From Vicugna vicugna (taxonomy: Eukaryota), in assembly GCA_013265495.1 (NCBI GenBank), contig MU057733.1, positions 124,001-188,000 of the forward strand: a stretch of DNA of 64,000 nt. Direction: 5' to 3'. The notes under the pieces are model-generated. The model was not told where the DNA came from. It worked only from the letters and a program-made list of their open reading frames with translations, and ran no database searches. Positions 12,491 through 25,762 of the stretch are shown here, piece after piece. The stretch's first letter is position 1; every line of letters begins with the position of its first letter. The translations under genes were made by a program, and so were the position numbers.

Positions 12491-14139
12491 GGGAGGGAGC
12501 CGTGCGGACATCGAGGAAGAGCACGTGCAGAAGAAACAGAAAGTGCAAAGGCCATCAAACCATACTCATGTGGCGATGACGTGGCCATACGAAGAAGGGA
12601 TAGAGCAATGTGGCCTGGCTTTGAGTGGCCAACCCAAGAGGATCAGCTGAGGGTGGGAGAGAGCTGGCTAAGCAAGGTATTAGGTAGAAGCCTGTAATCA
12701 GAAACTGCCCAGAGAGGAAGAAATCGAAAAAAGAAGACACAGATGGAGGTGGTTTTAATTTTGAGTTCAAATGTAAACCCAACAGGCTTGTCTGATACTT
12801 CTAGGACGCTGAGACCTGTGCTTTCCCCCACTGATGAATTGTCAGGGTGCTCGCCAAACTCAAGGATGTGCCGGACCGGCTTTCCAGCCCGAATCCCACA
12901 GCTCTGCTTCAGCTCCCTACAAGCCCTCTCCCTGCCCCCAGCGTCGTCTCTTCCTCCTCCTCCTTCTTCTCCTCCCTTCTTTGCTTGCAATTTTCTTACA
13001 TATTTTTATTTTCACATTCAGGGCTCTCAGAGGGGAAGGAAGCAGCATTGTCCAGCCTAGGGCACTAATGATCTATATGAGCTTCAAAAGGTGTTGCCAG
13101 TTATAAAGAGATGATGAAAGTTACTCATGGAAAACAAGCGATACCCCCTCACTCTCCGCCTCCGTCGTAAAAAATGAAGCATGGTGCCCTGAAACGAGCT
13201 CAAGGAGAAGACGGTTATACAGCCCAATTTTCTTCACAAAGGGAAATAATTTCAAAATTTAGTCTTCACTTGATTTACATAGGACACAGGGAAGAAGGTG
13301 GTCCTGAAAATTAGACACAGCTTGAATGTTGTATGGCTAAACAAACCCCACAGCACGTGTTGTGGTTTTCAAGCCATGATTGCTGTTCTTTCCACTTCTG
13401 TCTGTACTAGGGTGTCCAGTGCATAACTCAACAAAAACACTTTAATCGTTCACTCAAGGTTGTGTTGGGTTTTTGCAATTCCTTTTGCGAGAATAAGTTT
13501 AAATTCTTGAATATTTAGAGGAGAAAGATCTGTGATCCTGTGCGTCTCGAATGAGCCATACATGGGGGTGAGGCAGAATTTTCAGCTCAGGATTATTTTT
13601 GGTTCTTTGTTCCTCTGAACAGTTCTTTCCTGCTTACCTCTCACAACCCCACAAGGATGGTGTAACATAACCTATTTAGAGTTGATGGAAATTTAGGATG
13701 TCTTCAGAATAAAGAACAGGTCTTGGGCCCATAGAAATATTAGGGAAAACAAGAGTTGAACTTTATTACCAGAACACTTTCATCACCCCCAAAACAAATC
13801 TGTACCCATGAAGTCATTCCCCAGTGACCTTTCCCCAGTCCCTGACAATCTACTTTCTGTCACTATGGATTTGCCTACTACACATTTTAAACCTCTTTGA
13901 GCTTAGTACTTTACTAACTTAAAAAAATCCTCCCTATTTGCTCTGAACAGCTTTTTTAGTTTAATTTAAATGGCTGTCTACTGAGCTGAAGCTCTTCTAA
14001 TTTAGGGAGGTTGAGTGAGGAGCCACGCGTTTGATTCCATAAATTCTTACTGTGAAAGATATACAAAGCTTCATGGTTAGTTTAATCTCTTTTATTTTTA
14101 TTTCCTTTCAATATAAATCCAATTCAAGGATACAGAACA

Positions 14140-14245
14140 CTAAAGAAAAGGAAAAGGAATGCAAGAGGCAGAGCAGAAGGAGGAAGATGAGGAGGAGGAG
14201 GCGAAGGAGGAGGAGGAGGACTATGACAATGTCATAGAGGAAAGA
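14140..14245 (+). repeat. Purine-rich (GAG)n-type low-complexity tract
   Basis: AGGAGGAAGATGAGGAGGAGGAGGCGAAGGAGGAGGAGGAGG. Confidence 0.8.
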
Positions 14246-14759
14246 AACTTACGTTGAAGAGATTAAAGAAGAAATAGCCACTGATCGATTCTAAAAAACA
14301 AACACCCCAAGCCCCGGTTCTGCAAACAAAAAGAGATGAAAAAACAGTATCAGATCTTCCACGTTGAAAACCAGTAAGTTTCACAGCCTAGGACGAGGCC
14401 CCCAAGATGTATTTCAGAGAAAGCCTCTATTTTGGTGTTCAGCTCGAATTCCTTTCAATAAGGCATCTGATTTGAGGTGTGGACTTTAGATGCTTTATTT
14501 GCCATGAGGAAAGAAGACACAGCAATTTCATCATTTAGGGGACAATAAGAAAATCCTTTTACTTTTTATAAAGCTTTAGAGATCAGAAACATCTTTTTTA
14601 CAGGAGAACAGAAGAAAAAGAATTTGATAAAAAGTGATATTGTGAGTTTTTACTGTATAGAGGTAATTTGAGATTAACTAGGAACAGGCTACACATCACC
14701 AGGTGTCCTAGACCAGCACGTAACAAAAAGAAGTCTATTGCCTGTCTTTCCTGATTTCC

Positions 14760-15065
14760 AAGCTTAAGAAACTTTTTTTTAAGTTTAAAAAATGTTTATA
14801 AATCACCTTAAAATAACAATAAACCTATTACATATTAACATAAATAATGTTTTCTTGAAAAAGAACTATTTTTCTAAAGCAAAATAATATTTGATGAGAA
14901 AGCTTACATCATTTTATAGTTTTAAAAATCTCTGAATGTTTGGCTTAAAGACAACTGAATTCTCACTTTTGCTTCTATATCCAATTTATTGCAGTAAATT
15001 GTTTTGGCTGAAGTATACGTATATAAAATCTGGCCTCTGAGATTTTGGATTTCACATGTAGTTGA
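14760..15065. mobile_element. hAT-Charlie relic (MER33/Charlie1-like)
   Basis: TTACATATTAACATAAATAATG...AAAAATCTCTGAATGTTTGGCTTAAAGACAACTGAATTCTCA...GTTTTGGCTGAAGTATA resembles Charlie-family internal sequence. Confidence 0.5.
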
Positions 15066-18000
15066 GGAAATTTTTTTTTAATGAGAGACAATTCACATAC
15101 CATAAAATTCACCTTATAAATAGGTGTGCTAATCAATAGATCTTAGTATATTCACTGAAAAAAACCTTTCTTTTGAATTATTTCTTCAAGGAAGATTAAC
15201 TGAAGTTTTATATATTAAATTTTAACTAAAAAATAACATTTCTGTCACAAATGTTGCTTCTAAAAGCTTTGGCATTGCAAAACAGAAGACTGAATGTCAA
15301 AAACAAACACAAACAAAACACCGAGGCGTCATTTACCACACCGCAGGGCTCGGCCACCAGGAAGGGTTTCGCTTACAAGCTAGTCAATATCTGGACTGCA
15401 ACTTATGAGGGACTCTAAGAACTGCCCAACGGAGACCTTCTCAAATTACTGACTCCTCACATTGTAAACAAATAAAATGGGTCTTTCAAGCTGTTAAATT
15501 TGGGGGTAATTTGTTATGCCACAGAAGTTAACTGGAAAAGTCCAGTTTTGTCTGACTACTCCAGGAACTTCGGTTACATCAGGCCTTCTATGATGAGGTT
15601 GTTGGATTTGCAAGGCTAGGAGAACCCAATTTTGAAAACTTGCAAACCAGAAAGTCGTGTAATTATGAGGGAGTACTATAACACCAAAGGGAACTTTTAA
15701 TGACTGTGTTGCTTAGTGAAGCATCTCCTTAAGCCCCGATTTCTTACATTTTTTATTACATCTAACAGTAAAATAAACTATACTTAATGATGTCCTTTAC
15801 CTCCACTCTGCTCTGGGTCTGGATGATGACAGACTGGAGGGTCAGCACTCTACCTGCTTACACTTTGCTCCAGACCCCCTGACCTTCCCCTCTTCCTGGG
15901 CCTTGATTACTGCTCTGCCTGGGTCTGCCAGTGTTTCAGCAGCCCCTGCTCAGAGTTCATTTCTCGGGAGACTGTCCTGAGAGTGCCCTGCTGGCATCAC
16001 AGCCTGTGTGGGACTAAATGTTGATCTGCTCAAATATTTTCTGACTTTGGCCCATGCCGCCTACGCTGCCTCCTCTTCCTCCCCACTCCCCCCACTTCTT
16101 GCTTAATCAGTGCTTAGGGAATTTATTTAACTACCATTAGCCCAAATGTTAGAAGCATGTTCCTGCTATGTCAGTCAGCCCCTGTCTCTTGTCTGGGATG
16201 CTCTGTATCAAGTCTGAAGTGTATTTCAGTTCTTATTCCTACAGAGCTCTGCACTGGTCTAGGACAGGAGACAAAATTCAGCAACCGACTTGTTTGAATA
16301 CCCAGTTGTGTAAATGCCTCATTACTTGATTCACCATTAAGTCACTGAGTTTTCTCTGGCACCTGAAAGTGTACACATATCACATCTCCATGATTTGTAA
16401 TCACTATTAACTAGAAAAATACTGTGTTGTGATGGTATTTTTGGATGACAGGTATTTGGGTCCATGTGGGTGGTGATAGGGGGCAATCGGGTGTCATTTT
16501 TTTTGTGTGTGGTAGATTTACTCCTTTAGAGCAAAAGTTACAAACTCAAAAGCCACTGGGGTTGGATAGGGATAAAAGTGGAGGTTACGGTGCAGGGGGC
16601 TGTATGACGAGGTACACGAGTGAAGACAGCCAGCTTTGTAAATGCATTTCATAGCAGCATTACTGCAACCCCTAAACAAACCCTGACCCCTCAATTCTGT
16701 AATTATTATTTATTTCATCACACTTGTTTTTTTCCTTGTAGAGATCATAGTTCTAATAGCAGTTTGTTTTATAACGATGTCTTAAGTTGAATGCCTTCAA
16801 CTTAAACCATACATTGCATATTAAATATGTAGTAATAATTTGTTATTGTCACCAAAAAATCGAGTCCTATCTAATTTTTCACAAACTGTGAGAAAGTATT
16901 TCTTTCACATTCTCACTTTTGATATAGGCATGAGTACAAATAAATATTTCTGAATTCAAAAAAGTCAGCAGTGCAAATATAATAATAATGGCAGGTCATT
17001 AGAGTGAAAACAGAAGTGTGTTAGAGAGATAACAGAAGGTGGTGATTATTGGTTTAAAATGGAGAACGGGAGGCAGTATCTACAGGAGATGCTGCCACTT
17101 AGCTCCAGATGTATCAAATAGGAATGTCAGAATCTGGGCCACGCTTTGCCAGCCAGTTGCTCTGATTTTCCAGGAAAAGTCAAACATCTGGATAAAAATC
17201 TGATTTCCAAATATTGGTAACCAAGTCAAATGACAAACAGCTGTCCAGGTCTCACAAAGCACCGCGCAGGCAACACGTAACCTGAGGGCTGCCCGTTGGG
17301 GATCTTGGCTCTAAGGGATGCATCTGTTTCTGAATCTGGGGGGCTTACGAGAGAGAATGCTAAGTCCTGGCTTTTCTACAAAATTATGATACGTATTATT
17401 ATTTACAACGAACACAGAGCAAGTATAACTAAGGACAATTTGCTAGACGCAGAATGAGACTCAAACAGAGAAGAGAAGGGAAGAGACATTCCAGGAACGA
17501 CTTGCATGAAGCAAACCCCACGCGGCTTAGACAAACGGAAATAAATGAAACAGAGATGAGCTGGACTCCAGCCTGGAAGACAGCAGAGGCTGTTTTCTCA
17601 ACCACACGGGCCAAGAGTTATTTTACCTGTTTCCTAGTAATGAGGAACCAAAAACTGATACAAAATTGGTTCTAAAAATTGATACAAAATCGGTTCAAAT
17701 CTATGTCTCCCAGACAATTACACGTGTATGGGGTACATGGTAGGGTCAGGAGAACAGGGCTGTTGCAGCTGAGATGCTGGTCAAGCTGAACTGAAGTGTG
17801 GGCTGGAGTGGGGATCGACCAGTAAGAGACCTAGTGGAGGCATCCCCTTGTGGCATTCCCTGAACTGAGTTCAGAGCAGTGTGTCCAGCTTCCTCTCCTG
17901 GAGCACTGCTAATTGGTGGACTTACCCCTTGATAAACTGAAAGATTCCATTGTTTACCACATCCTGATTAGTAGATATGCCAAAACTTTTAAAGGATAAC

Positions 18001-18676
18001 CTGGAATTGAGCATAATTTTCAAGAACGGTGCTGCCTTTTTGCCTTTACTGGTCGGTGGAATAAGACACTTCTCTCAAAACAGTTGGCTGTAGATATATA
18101 CATATAACCTTGCACTACGATCAGAAAGCCCAGTTGTTCCGTGGATGGATCCTTGAATCTCCCTGGGGAGCTCAGAGAGGTAGGAGATTCTGCTGATACA
18201 TGAGGGTGGCACTTTTGAGTGACTCTATTAGGCACTCAATGTCTAAATACTTCAAGCTTCACTAAAATTCAGCTTGTTTAGTACTGAGGGATTTTAGAAT
18301 CTTGGTAACATTTTCCTAACCACTTCCCTATTCCCCATTTCTATTTTTGAATAAACTCTCAACTAAGAGGGGCCAAGGTGGATTGAGTCAAGTGTGGACT
18401 GAAGGGCTAGAATTTGGGATAGGGCTTCTTTGGACAGGGAACTAGAATAAGTCTTGTCATTAGACACAAAAATTGATAAGATTGTGCACCCTCAAAACCT
18501 GTAAAGGAATACAAAGATCAAAAATACAGGAAGATGAACAGAAGGATTGCTAAATCTGTAGCAGCTGAGGCAAGAAATGAAATTAGAATTTGAAGATTAG
18601 AAAGATGGAGAAACAGAAACAATCCTGGATCAAATTGGGAGTGGAATTAGGTGGAAGAATAAGAGTCAGGCTGATC

Positions 18677-19210
18677 GTAAGACATGGAAACAACCTAAAT
18701 GTCCATCAACAGATGACTGGATGAAGAAGATATGGTATATTTATACAATGGAATACTACTCAGCCATAAAAATGACAACATAATGCCATTTTCAGCAACT
18801 TGATTGTCCCTGGAGAATGTCATTCTAAATGAAGTAAGCCAGAAAGAGAAAGAAAAATACCGTATGATATCACTTGTCTGTAGAATCTAAAAAAAAAAAG
18901 ACAAATGAACTTAAGTATAAAACAGAAACAGACTCACATAGAATACAAACTTGTGGTTGCTGGAGGGAAGGTACGTAGAAAGGGAGAGACTGGGAGTTCA
19001 AGATTTGTAGATACTGACAGGTGTATATAGAATAGATAAATTAGTTTATACTGTATAGCACAGGGAAATATATACAAGATCTTGTAGTAACTCAAGTGAG
19101 AAAGAATATGACAACTAATATATGTATATTCATGTATGACTGAGAAACTGTGCCATACACCAGAAATTGACATAACATATAAACTGACTATAACTCAATT
19201 CAAAGAAAAA
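18677..19210 (+). mobile_element. 5'-truncated L1 (ORF2 end plus 3' UTR)
   Basis: AAGACATGGAAACAACCTAAATGTCCATCAACAGATGACTGG through to the A tail. Degenerate TSD AAGAGTCAGGCTGATC / AAAAGTGAGGCAGATC. Confidence 0.9.
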
Positions 19211-19684
19211 AAGTGAGGCAGATCAATTGCTTAGAACAGTGTGACAAAGGTGGACACAGCAGGAAAATCTGCAGAAAAAAGCTTTCGGGAGCACTTTCCC
19301 TAAATGTCAGTCCTGTTTAGATTACTTACTACATTATAGAGTTAAATGCAAATTTTGCACAAATTTTTAAAATAAAACTTAAGATTTCAAAGACAAGTTA
19401 CCCTTGCCAATAGGTGCTTTGAGCTATGCTACAGCCATCCAGGGTTGCATACATATTCTGTCTCCTGTACTATTATAAAGGATACTTTGGTGGGAAAGTC
19501 TGAGAAGAAATGGAAGAAACAGCAAAGGGTTTGCTTTAATGGGCCAGTATAAGTTCCAGTTCATATGGGTGGGTCAGCTGACTTAAAGGGCCAGAGATGG
19601 AGTTTCTTGTATATCCTTTATAATCATTGCATCATTGCATGCATCTGTGCCTACACTGAGCATCAGCCTCAAAACTGGTGAGTT

Positions 19685-21035
19685 TTTAATTTAAAATTTT
19701 AAATTGAAGTACAGTTGACTTACAGTGTTGTGTTACTTTCTGGTGTATAGCATAGTGATTCAATTATACATACAAATATGTATTTCTTTTCATATTATTT
19801 TTCATTATAGGCTGTTACACGGTATTGAATATAGTTCCCTGTGCTGTACAGTAGGACCTTGCTGTGTATCTATTTTATATATAGTAGTTGGTATCTGCAA
19901 ATCCCAAACTCCCAATTTATCTCTCCACTCTTCCCTTTCCCCCTGGTAACCACAAGTTTGTTTTCTACATCAGTGGGTCTGTTACTGTTTTGTAAATAAG
20001 TTCATTTGTGTCATTTTTTTAAGATTTCACATATGTGATATAATACGGTATTTTTCTTTCTCTTTCTGGCTTATTGCCCTTAGTATGACAATCTCCAGGT
20101 CCATCCATGTTGCTGCAAATGGCATTATTTTATTCTTTTTTATAGCTGAGTGTGTGTATATATATACATATGTGTGTGTATATATATGTACACACATTGT
20201 GTAAGTATACCACAACTTCTTTATCCACTCATTTGTCAATGGATGTTTAGCTTGCTTCCATGTCTTGACTTTTGTAAACAGTGCTGCTGTGAGCATTGAG
20301 GTGCATGTATCTTTTTAAATTAGAGTTTTCTTGGGATATAAGCCCAGGAGTGGAATTGCTGGATCATATGGTAACTCTATTTAGTTTTTTAAGAAAACTC
20401 AGTACTGTTTTCCCTAGTGGGTTCACCAAATTACACAGTCACCAACAGTGTAAGAAGGTTCCCTTTCTTCACACCCTCTCCAGGATTTCTTAATGATGGC
20501 CATTCTGATGGGTGAGAAGTGATATCACATTGTAGTTTTGATTTGCATTTCTCTGATAACTGGTGATGTTGAGCATCTTTTCATATACCTACTGGCTATT
20601 TGTATGTCTTCATTGGAGAAATGTCTATTTATCTCTTCTGCTCATTTTTTTTATTGAATTGTATGAGCTATTTGTATATTCTGGAAATTAAGCCCTTGTC
20701 AGTTGCATCATTTGCAAATATCTTCGCCTAGTCTGTAAGTTTGTTTGTTTTGTTTTGTTTATGATTTCCTTCGCTGTGTGAAAGCTTAACTTTGATTAGA
20801 TCCCATTTGTTTATTTTTCTTTTTATTTCTATTGCCTGGGTAGACTGCCCTAGAGAACACTGCTAAGATTTATGTCAGAGAATGTTTTACCTATGTTCGC
20901 TTTTAGGAGATTTATGGTGTCCTGCGTTATGTTTAAATCTTTAAGACATTTTGAGTTTATTTTTCTGTATAGTGTGAAGGAGTGTTCTAACTTCATTGAT
21001 TTACATGTGGCTGTCCAACTTTCCCAACACGAAAA
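19685..21035 (-). mobile_element. 5'-truncated L1, antisense, older subfamily
   Basis: ORF 20027-20296(-) encodes the L1 ORF2 C-terminus (TAALFT..KTWKQ..WIKKLWY..FAATWMDLE). The 3' UTR is at 19.7-20.0 kb. Confidence 0.9.
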
Positions 21036-22094
21036 AGTGGTGTTTTTTAAACTGTGAGTTAAAATGGTTTAACAGGTCATGAAATCAGTTTAGTGGGGAT
21101 GTTGCTTTGTTTAAAAAACAAAAGAAAAAAGTAGAAAAAAGTTACATTTTGGTAAGATTTTGTGAAGATTTTATTACACTAAGGTGAGTGTATTTGTTAT
21201 AATGTAAAATATATTTACAGTTGGTTGTGCTAAAAAATTGTCCCTATTCTAAATTTTTTTTTAGTTCATCAAGATATTAATAGGCATCTTACAAAACTAT
21301 GTTCCTTGGTCAAATAAATTTGACCTTTTAAACAAAGTTAGAGGCCTTTTAAAATTTTAACTAAAGTATATTTCAGAACAATAAATATGGAAACTGTGAA
21401 GCTATATAAGATAAGAAGTCTGCAGTCTTTCCCCAATTTCTTTGATGAGGAAACCTTTTTTGCACAGAGCATCTGATGAAACTAGTGTTATGTGGAACAT
21501 AAGGTAGTTAGTAAAATGAATGTAAATCCTCATTTCATTATTTTGGCTTAGTGATCCTCAATTAACTATGGTGTTATCTTCAACAGGCTCCTGGGTAAAG
21601 ATGCCCACCTATTATTCATGTTGCTGTCTGAACGGAGAGGGCTGGATCTGGACCACATTAAAGTTTCAGTATTCAGAGTCAGTAACATCAGGTGACCACC
21701 CTTCTCACAGAATTCTCTCTTCATAGTACTTCCTTCTGCCTGAGCTGACTACCAGCTACACCAGCCCTCAGGAATATTCTTCGGCATTTTTCTTCTTGTG
21801 CCCCTACTAAGCATGACCTCAAAGTCGGCGTGGTCAATGGTGATATTTCTGTTCCTCTCTCTTCCCCCAAAATAAACCAGCCCTATTTCATTTTTAAGGT
21901 TTATTTATGGCTTATCAGAGCAAGCTAATAGGTGGGGATAAAAATGCCCTGGTAAACCATGAGAAGTCACAAGTCTCTAGAATCTTTATATATTTATTTT
22001 TTTCAGGTTAAAATAAAAATAAGTACTTATACATCTCCTAGAGAATATAAAGGAGTCATGTTTTCAATAGGTAACTTTCTTAAAAAATTTTGTG

Positions 22095-22924
22095 GAATGG
22101 GCGTCATTCAAAAATCCACATGATGACAAATGACAAATGACAAATCCACAAATGACAAATGCTGTGGAGAAAGGGGAACCCTCCTTCACTGCTGGTGGGA
22201 GTGCAGTTTGGTGCAGCCACTGTGGAAAGCAGTATGGAGAGTCCTCAAAAGACTAGGAATAGACTTACCATATGACCCAGGAATCCCACTCCTGGGCTTG
22301 TACCCAGAAGGAAATCTACTTCAGGATGACACCTGCACCCCAATGTTCATAGCAGCACTATTTACAATAGCCAAAACATGGAGACAACCTAAATGTCCAT
22401 CAACAGGTGACTGGATAAAGAAGAGGTGGTATATTCCTNNNNNNNNNNNNNNNNNNNNNNNNNNNNNNNNNNNNNNNNNNNNNNNNNNNNNNNNNNNNNN
22501 NNNNNNNNNNNNNNNNNNNNNNNNNNNNNNNNNNNNNNNNNNNNNNNNNNNNNNNNNNNNNNNNNNNNNNNNNNNNNNNNNNNNNNNNAAAAAAAAATAA
22601 AAACAAAGCATAAATACAAAACAGAAACAGACTCATAGACAAAGAATACAAACTTGCGGTTGCCAAGGGGGTGGGGGGTGGGAAGGGATAGACGGGATTT
22701 CAAAATTGTAGAATAGATAAACAAGATTATACTGTATAGCACAGGGAAATATATACAAGATCTTATGGTAGCTCACAGAGGGAAAAATGTGACAATTAAT
22801 ATATATATTTTCATGTATAATGGAAAAATTGTGCTCTACACTGGAACTTGACACATTGTAAAGTGATTATAAATCAATAAAAAATGTTAAAAAAAAAATA
22901 AAGGTTCTGAGTGTGAAAAAAAAA
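22095..22924 (+). mobile_element. Young 5'-truncated L1 containing an assembly gap
   Basis: ORF2 C-terminal peptide [20 protein letters not shown]...CTPMFIAALFTIAKTWRQPKCPS, then 3' UTR and poly(A). TSD AAAAA(A/G)TTTTGTG. Confidence 0.92.
22439..22588. other. Assembly gap (N run)
   Basis: Run of N. Confidence 1.
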
Positions 22925-23417
22925 GTTTTGTGACTCCCTATTGTGTCCTGAATATTGATGGTCCTGGTCTGTAGGCTTTTTTCGGTTTTTGGTCTTTACT
23001 TTTTTTTTCCCTAATAGTGATGCTGACGGCATTGCCTTCCAACATCTGACTTGGCTTTTAGTAAAGACTACATAGAAGTTTTCCCCGCCTGACTACCTGC
23101 TCCTGTTCTCAGCATTGAAGCCTAAAGACAGAATCAAACAGAATAAGAGCAGCACTTCTTTCTTAGGGAGGACGTTTGCACTTCTGAAGAGAGCACGCCG
23201 GGCATACTCAGTTCCCAGTTCCTTGCTCAGCCCGGGCCGTTTCCTCTGGACACCGCCTCACACGTACATCAATGAAATCGTGAAAAGTAATATTAGAGCA
23301 AACTAAACATCCTACAGTAGTATTGACTTAAAGAGGACTAACATAACAATCATAGCATAGACTTTTACTGCAGGATTGTTTTCTGAAGAATTTTGTTAAT
23401 AAAAATAGTGTCATTGA

Positions 23418-23790
23418 TTGTTATGAACTGCTTCCCCGCCCCACCCCGCTCCCCAAATTGAATCCCTAACCTCCAGTGTGAATGTATTTGGAGACAGGAA
23501 CTTTAAAGTGTTATTAAGGCTAAATGATGTCATAAGTATGGGACCCTAATACAACAGGACTGCTGTCCTTCTAGAAAGAGGAAGAGAGACTAGGGGTGCA
23601 CACACATAGAGGACATAGTGAGAGGGTGGCCACCTGCGAGTGAACAGGAAAGGCCTCAGGAGAAACCAAACTTGCTGACACCTTGATCTTGGACTTTCAG
23701 CCTCTAGAGCTGTGAGAAAATACATTTCTGTTGTCTAAGCCACACAACGAGTGGGATTTCCTCCTGGCAGCCCCAGCAAACGAATGCACT
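23418..23790 (+). mobile_element. MLT1 (ERVL-MaLR) LTR
   Basis: TGTTATGAACTG...GAATCCCTAACCTCCAGTGTGAATGTATTTGGAGACAGG...CTTGATCTTGGACTTTCAGCCTCTAGAGCTGTGAGAAAATACATTTCTGTTG. Confidence 0.85.
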
Positions 23791-24039
23791 GATTGAATTT
23801 CCCCCTTGTTGTGAGTTCTGAGAAACTCAGAGCCAAACATGAAGTTTTCATAGCAACTAACTGCTGTTTCTCAGAGTTCACATATTTTGAGTCTTTCTCT
23901 TGTGACACAGACTTTTCGCCATTTCCATGTTATCTGCTTATTTATTATTTGCTTTCATTGTTTGCTGCCTCAAAGCCTTTGTAGGAAAGAACCAGGGTAC
24001 AAAGAAACAAACAACAACTGTTTTATAGGCTTGCCTTCG

Positions 24040-24895
24040 CACCTTCTCAGCCTTCTCTGCTGGTTCCTTTCCATTTCTTGGACCCTTTAATGTTGGGGTG
24101 GTGCAGGGCTCACCCCTTCATGATCTCCATCATTCTCATGGCTTTAAGCACCAGCTATATATACATTTAGCCTCAACTTTCCCCCTGAACTCCTCACACA
24201 AATATCCAACTGTCTATGCAACATTTTTATCTGGGTGTCAAATGGGCATCGGTTTCATGTGTCCAAAGCCAGCCAAATTCCAGATTCTTCCCTCCCCATC
24301 CTGTAGTCTTGATAAATGCTGCCCTAGACCTCTTCACCTTAGTGAACACCAACCCGTTCCTCAGTTGCATAGGGCCAAACTTTAAGTCATCCTGGACTTT
24401 CCTTCTTCTCATCCCCAATTCCCAATCTTTTACAGTTGGGTTGGCTCTCCCATCAAAAAACATCTCAAAGTTGACCATTTTTAACATCTTCCTCACCACC
24501 AAGGTGAAAGCCAGTGTCACCTCTCCCTTAGACAGTCGCCTCCCCCATGATCTTTCTGCTCCTCTGTTTCCCTCTGGCAGTCTAGTCCTACAGCAGGGAG
24601 AGCATCCTATTAAAGTGTAGGTCAAATCAGGTTACTTCTCTGCCCAAAACTTCAGGAGTTCTCCACCTCTTCCAGATTAAAAGGCAGTCCTAATAAGGAT
24701 CTATGAGGTGCCACAAAGGCTGTCTTTGTTTACCTCTCTGATCTCAAGTATTTCTCCCTGGCTGACTTGGTTAGAGCCACACTGGCCTGCACTTGCTGCT
24801 GCTGCTGCTTCTCCACGGTATCTTCAAAGCTCATTCTCATCTCCAAGTCTCCTTATCATTTTATTGATCAAATACCACTTTATTAGAGAGATCTA
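24040..24895 (+). mobile_element. L2 fragment (5' part of an element that resumes at ~28377)
   Basis: CATTCTCATGGCTTTAAGCACCAGCTATAT...CCTGAACTCC..CAAATATCCAACTGTCT is typical L2 ORF2 3' region. Confidence 0.75.
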
Positions 24896-24896
24896 C

Positions 24897-25412
24897 CGTG
24901 TGATGTGCTGGTAAGTGCCTAACAACTGGCTCTCTGAAGAAAAATGTGTGACTTACATATTTATATTATAACCCAATTTTAAGTTTCACTTGTGTTTTCT
25001 GAAGTTTAGGGTGACCATCAGCAACCATAAACCAAGCTCTGATTTGCTGCATTCATCAGATTTCCTGGTGTAAGTATTCCCACCATGGTCAATATCAAGC
25101 TGCTAAAATGGTGTCAGTGAAGGTGGAGTTGGGGGCAGACGTGCAGCAGTAGCCAGCGTCACACAGCACCCCTGCCACACAGACGCAGCAGACGTGGACA
25201 GCCTCATGGCATGAATGACAGTGAAAGCAGGGAAGCAGTTAGGAAGAGAGGAGTTTTAAATATTTATCACTTTTGCTTTTATAAAACTTATTTAATTTCA
25301 AATTGGTAGACTTTAATTTTCGTGATGACTGCACTTTGCCACTGGCTTGCAAAATTCCTGAAACTTAGTTGGTGCCCATGAACTTGCAAGAGAGGGACTG
25401 GCCGTAACATTG
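24897..25412 (-). mobile_element. MER63 (hAT-Blackjack) relic
   Basis: GTGCTGGTAAGTGCCTAACAACTGGCTCTC and CTGGCTTGCAAAATTCCTGAAA match the two ends of the MER63 consensus as I recall it. Confidence 0.75.
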
Positions 25413-25762
25413 GTTATTTTTCCTTTTTCAAAATAATACATTTATTATGTATGGTTGGCAGATATTTTGCTGACAATATTTCAAAAAGATTTAAAAATAA
25501 CAAAAGAATTTTATAACCATGCAATTCAGGGTACAGTTGGGCTCAGCGGACCACTTCATTTTTTACAGAGTGGGCAGAAACGTATGTCTCTAAACATTTT
25601 TTGAGGTAGTTGAATTTCATCTGTGAGTCCTGTTCCCAGTCTTGAAGCCTCAGGAGGTCAAGTTCACCAGCCAAGGGAGCGGGAATTTTCTCAGCCATAG
25701 GGATGAGGTTCTAGTTCAGACCAGAGGAGAGGGCTTCCTGGAAGGCACCGATAAAACCTCTT

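Noticed and set aside
12640..13110. Cluster of overlapping ORFs and a (CCT)-rich tract, a possible first exon or promoter
   Set aside because: The ORFs follow from low-complexity, GC-richer composition. I could not support a donor site or homology.
14052..14237. Poly-arginine (protamine-like) ORF
   Set aside because: It is the translation of an (AGG)n simple repeat.
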